DNA of 64,000 bases, taken from positions 3,038,001 to 3,102,000 of the forward strand of contig NC_092680.1 in the NCBI RefSeq assembly GCF_964355755.1. The letters run 5' to 3'. Position numbers and translations under genes: made by a program. This document shows, piece after piece, positions 61,895-64,000 of the stretch; position 1 is the first letter of the stretch; every line of letters begins with the position of its first letter. The stretch comes from Antedon mediterranea (taxonomy: Eukaryota > Animalia > Echinodermata). The notes below the pieces were generated by a model that saw only the letters and a program-made list of their open reading frames with translations, searched no databases and was not told the DNA's origin.

Positions 61895-62010
61895 CTAACT
61901 GTGATTGGCTAAATCTTCGTTACTGTTTTTGCTGCAACTCGTTGATTGGTTAATCAATAATTACTGTTGCCCCCGCGTATTCTGAACTATCTCGGAACAA
62001 CGATTGGTCA
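61895..62010 (-). promoter_or_regulatory. CCAAT-box promoter candidate
   Basis: Three ATTGG motifs (ctgtgattggct ~61899, ttgattggtt ~61942, cgattggtc ~62001) just upstream of a CpG-containing exon that ends in a perfect GAG|GTAAGT donor at 61774. Confidence 0.45.
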
Positions 62011-62999
62011 ACTTTTTCACAGAAACACGTGTCTCCTGCATGCTACACACCAAACTCCGCCCAGAGGAAGTTTTAAGAACTTTTTTACTAGAGGGAGCTA
62101 TTCATGGTTGAAGAGTTGCCAGGATCATACAATAATGTTTTATGTTGTTATTATGTATAAGGACTTCAAAACGCATGGACAATTAGGTTATCAAAAGTTA
62201 TTAGCTTAGGGTGTCTAGATGATTGAATTTACGTTAGGTGGCAGTGTGATCGACGTTTCATGTCAAGTTAATATAGTAAACTTGTTTTAATCCATAAGAT
62301 TTAAACTTGAAGTTGATACTTATTAATAGATTAATTTGCTGAATGCATAAATCTAAAGCTGTACTTATTCGCAATATTTCAAACACCATAATATGAATAA
62401 CTAGAGCCTATAATAAAAGGCAACATGAACATTTTTTACCATAATAAACAACTAAACTAAATTAATATATATATTTGGCGGCAAGAACAATTGTATAATC
62501 AGTACAATACTACTACAGATTGTATGAATATTATGATTTTAAAACAAATTTGTTTAGAAATATATTAATAACGTGAAATGCTAGATGTCATAAATTAATA
62601 AATCTAATGTTTTAACAGTTATGAATTAACCGTATCTTATTTTTTTAATCATAATGTTATATGTTATTATTTCAATATGTTAAAATTAGTTACAGATGTC
62701 AGGATAGGCTTTTATGTTAGAATTAAGGCAAAAATAATTATTAGTCCTCTCTCCATGACGGTTGTCACATAATGCTTTCTATTATTTTTTATTGTATTTA
62801 TATGTTTCATATGGACAGTTTGTCTGAAATAAAGTTGAATTGAATTGAATTGAATAGTAATACTTTTTACATTTTATCTTCATTATACAACGACGAGACA
62901 ACTAAATTACGTAAACAGTTCACCGACATTTTTAGTATTATTACTGAAATTTGGAATGTGCAAAATCTATTCTAACCCGTGGTTAATTTTTATTCGGAC

Positions 63000-63040
<41 letters not shown>

Positions 63041-64000
63041 AAATATTATATATAATATACAGGATAAAACATATCAGATAACAGTGTATCTGTTTTACAT
63101 TGTGGTCCTGTCTTAATCAAAATATACAAAAGAGAAACTTAATTAAATATAATACAGTTTTTATGAAAAGAAATAAATAGTAATTAATACAACGATAATT
63201 AAATAAGAACAATTTTATAATAATCATTTATTTCAATTACCATATCTGCTATTTGTTAGTACATTTTTTACCAAATTGTGAACCACGATGGTGGTGAGTA
63301 TGTGTTTAAACATCGCGCTTCTCACTTTGTTTACTTACTTGTTTAAAAAAAAACATGTTTTCTGGAACAGTTTGGATGCCGTGTACGTTGTTATATGCAA
63401 ATGATTGCAGAGTGGGGAAGATGGTATTGTTATAGTCATTCGCGGTCAACACGCCACACTGTTAAATTTTGATGTTGTTAATCTTTACATTAGAAGATTA
63501 TTCAAATCATGTAAAGAAACAATTTTCCGAGCGGGAACCTAAAAGCTCCACTCTTAGTTTGCAAAAGTAATCTCGAAAAGAAGTCCATCTGGTTTGTCTC
63601 CGTTCTTGAATGGGGTTAATGGGAACTGATGAGATCAAATATAGAACATTTGTAAAGATGCCGATGCCTAGACCAGGCTTCGAAATTGGACTAATTCCCC
63701 GGCTGTGCTAGGCCTTAGGTATAATGTGATTATTGTAATTGTTTTATGAAAATTGGACAATTAAAATTGGTAACTAAAACGGCACTCTGAGTGCATACCT
63801 CCTCCTACTGTAAAATTCTCCTACATAAGATTTCATCGGGAAAAAAAATTAAATTTTTTATGTCTTAATGTGTGTGATTAGGCTAATTTCACTACAACCA
63901 TGTGTATGCGAATTTGGTGTAGGCCCTAATGGTTATGTAACCAGCCTTTCAACTAAAAATAGTTTAATTTGAATAACAATAGAACAGCCAACAACAAACG

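Noticed and set aside
62830-63700. (TTGAA)n and (TAA)n microsatellites and a possible decayed LINE
   Set aside because: Ordinary simple repeats; the adjacent sequence is too degenerate to assign a family by eye.

Overview
AT-rich, intron-rich animal DNA; an invertebrate, possibly an echinoderm, is my guess, not something the sequence shows. I assembled four protein-coding genes by hand from splice sites and codon phases. (1) GPI-anchored melanotransferrin, minus strand, 13 exons, 1560-20600. (2) Trimethylguanosine synthase TGS1, minus strand, 11 exons, 21841-31486, with a U12-type AT-AC intron. (3) An adhesion GPCR (F5/8C-discoidin + GAIN/GPS + 7TM), plus strand, 17 exons, 32796-43787, with an apparent frameshift in the TM1 exon. 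(4) COX5A, minus strand, 45517-46582. Introns carry many MITEs, a Helitron, LINE/SINE fragments and a dispersed repeat with a minimal hammerhead-ribozyme motif. The most striking feature is a ~12.5-kb compound tandem array at 48.0-60.6 kb. Its main 103-bp unit, read on the minus strand, is a complete splice cassette: polypyrimidine-CAG | 41-nt micro-exon | GTAAG, with ~62-nt introns. It is repeated ~67 times in five blocks, separated by spacer repeats carrying AG|GT junctions, and appears to lie inside a spliced, probably non-coding transcript upstream of COX5A. Transcription and splicing of the array are inferred, not observed. Coordinates and copy counts were made by eye.
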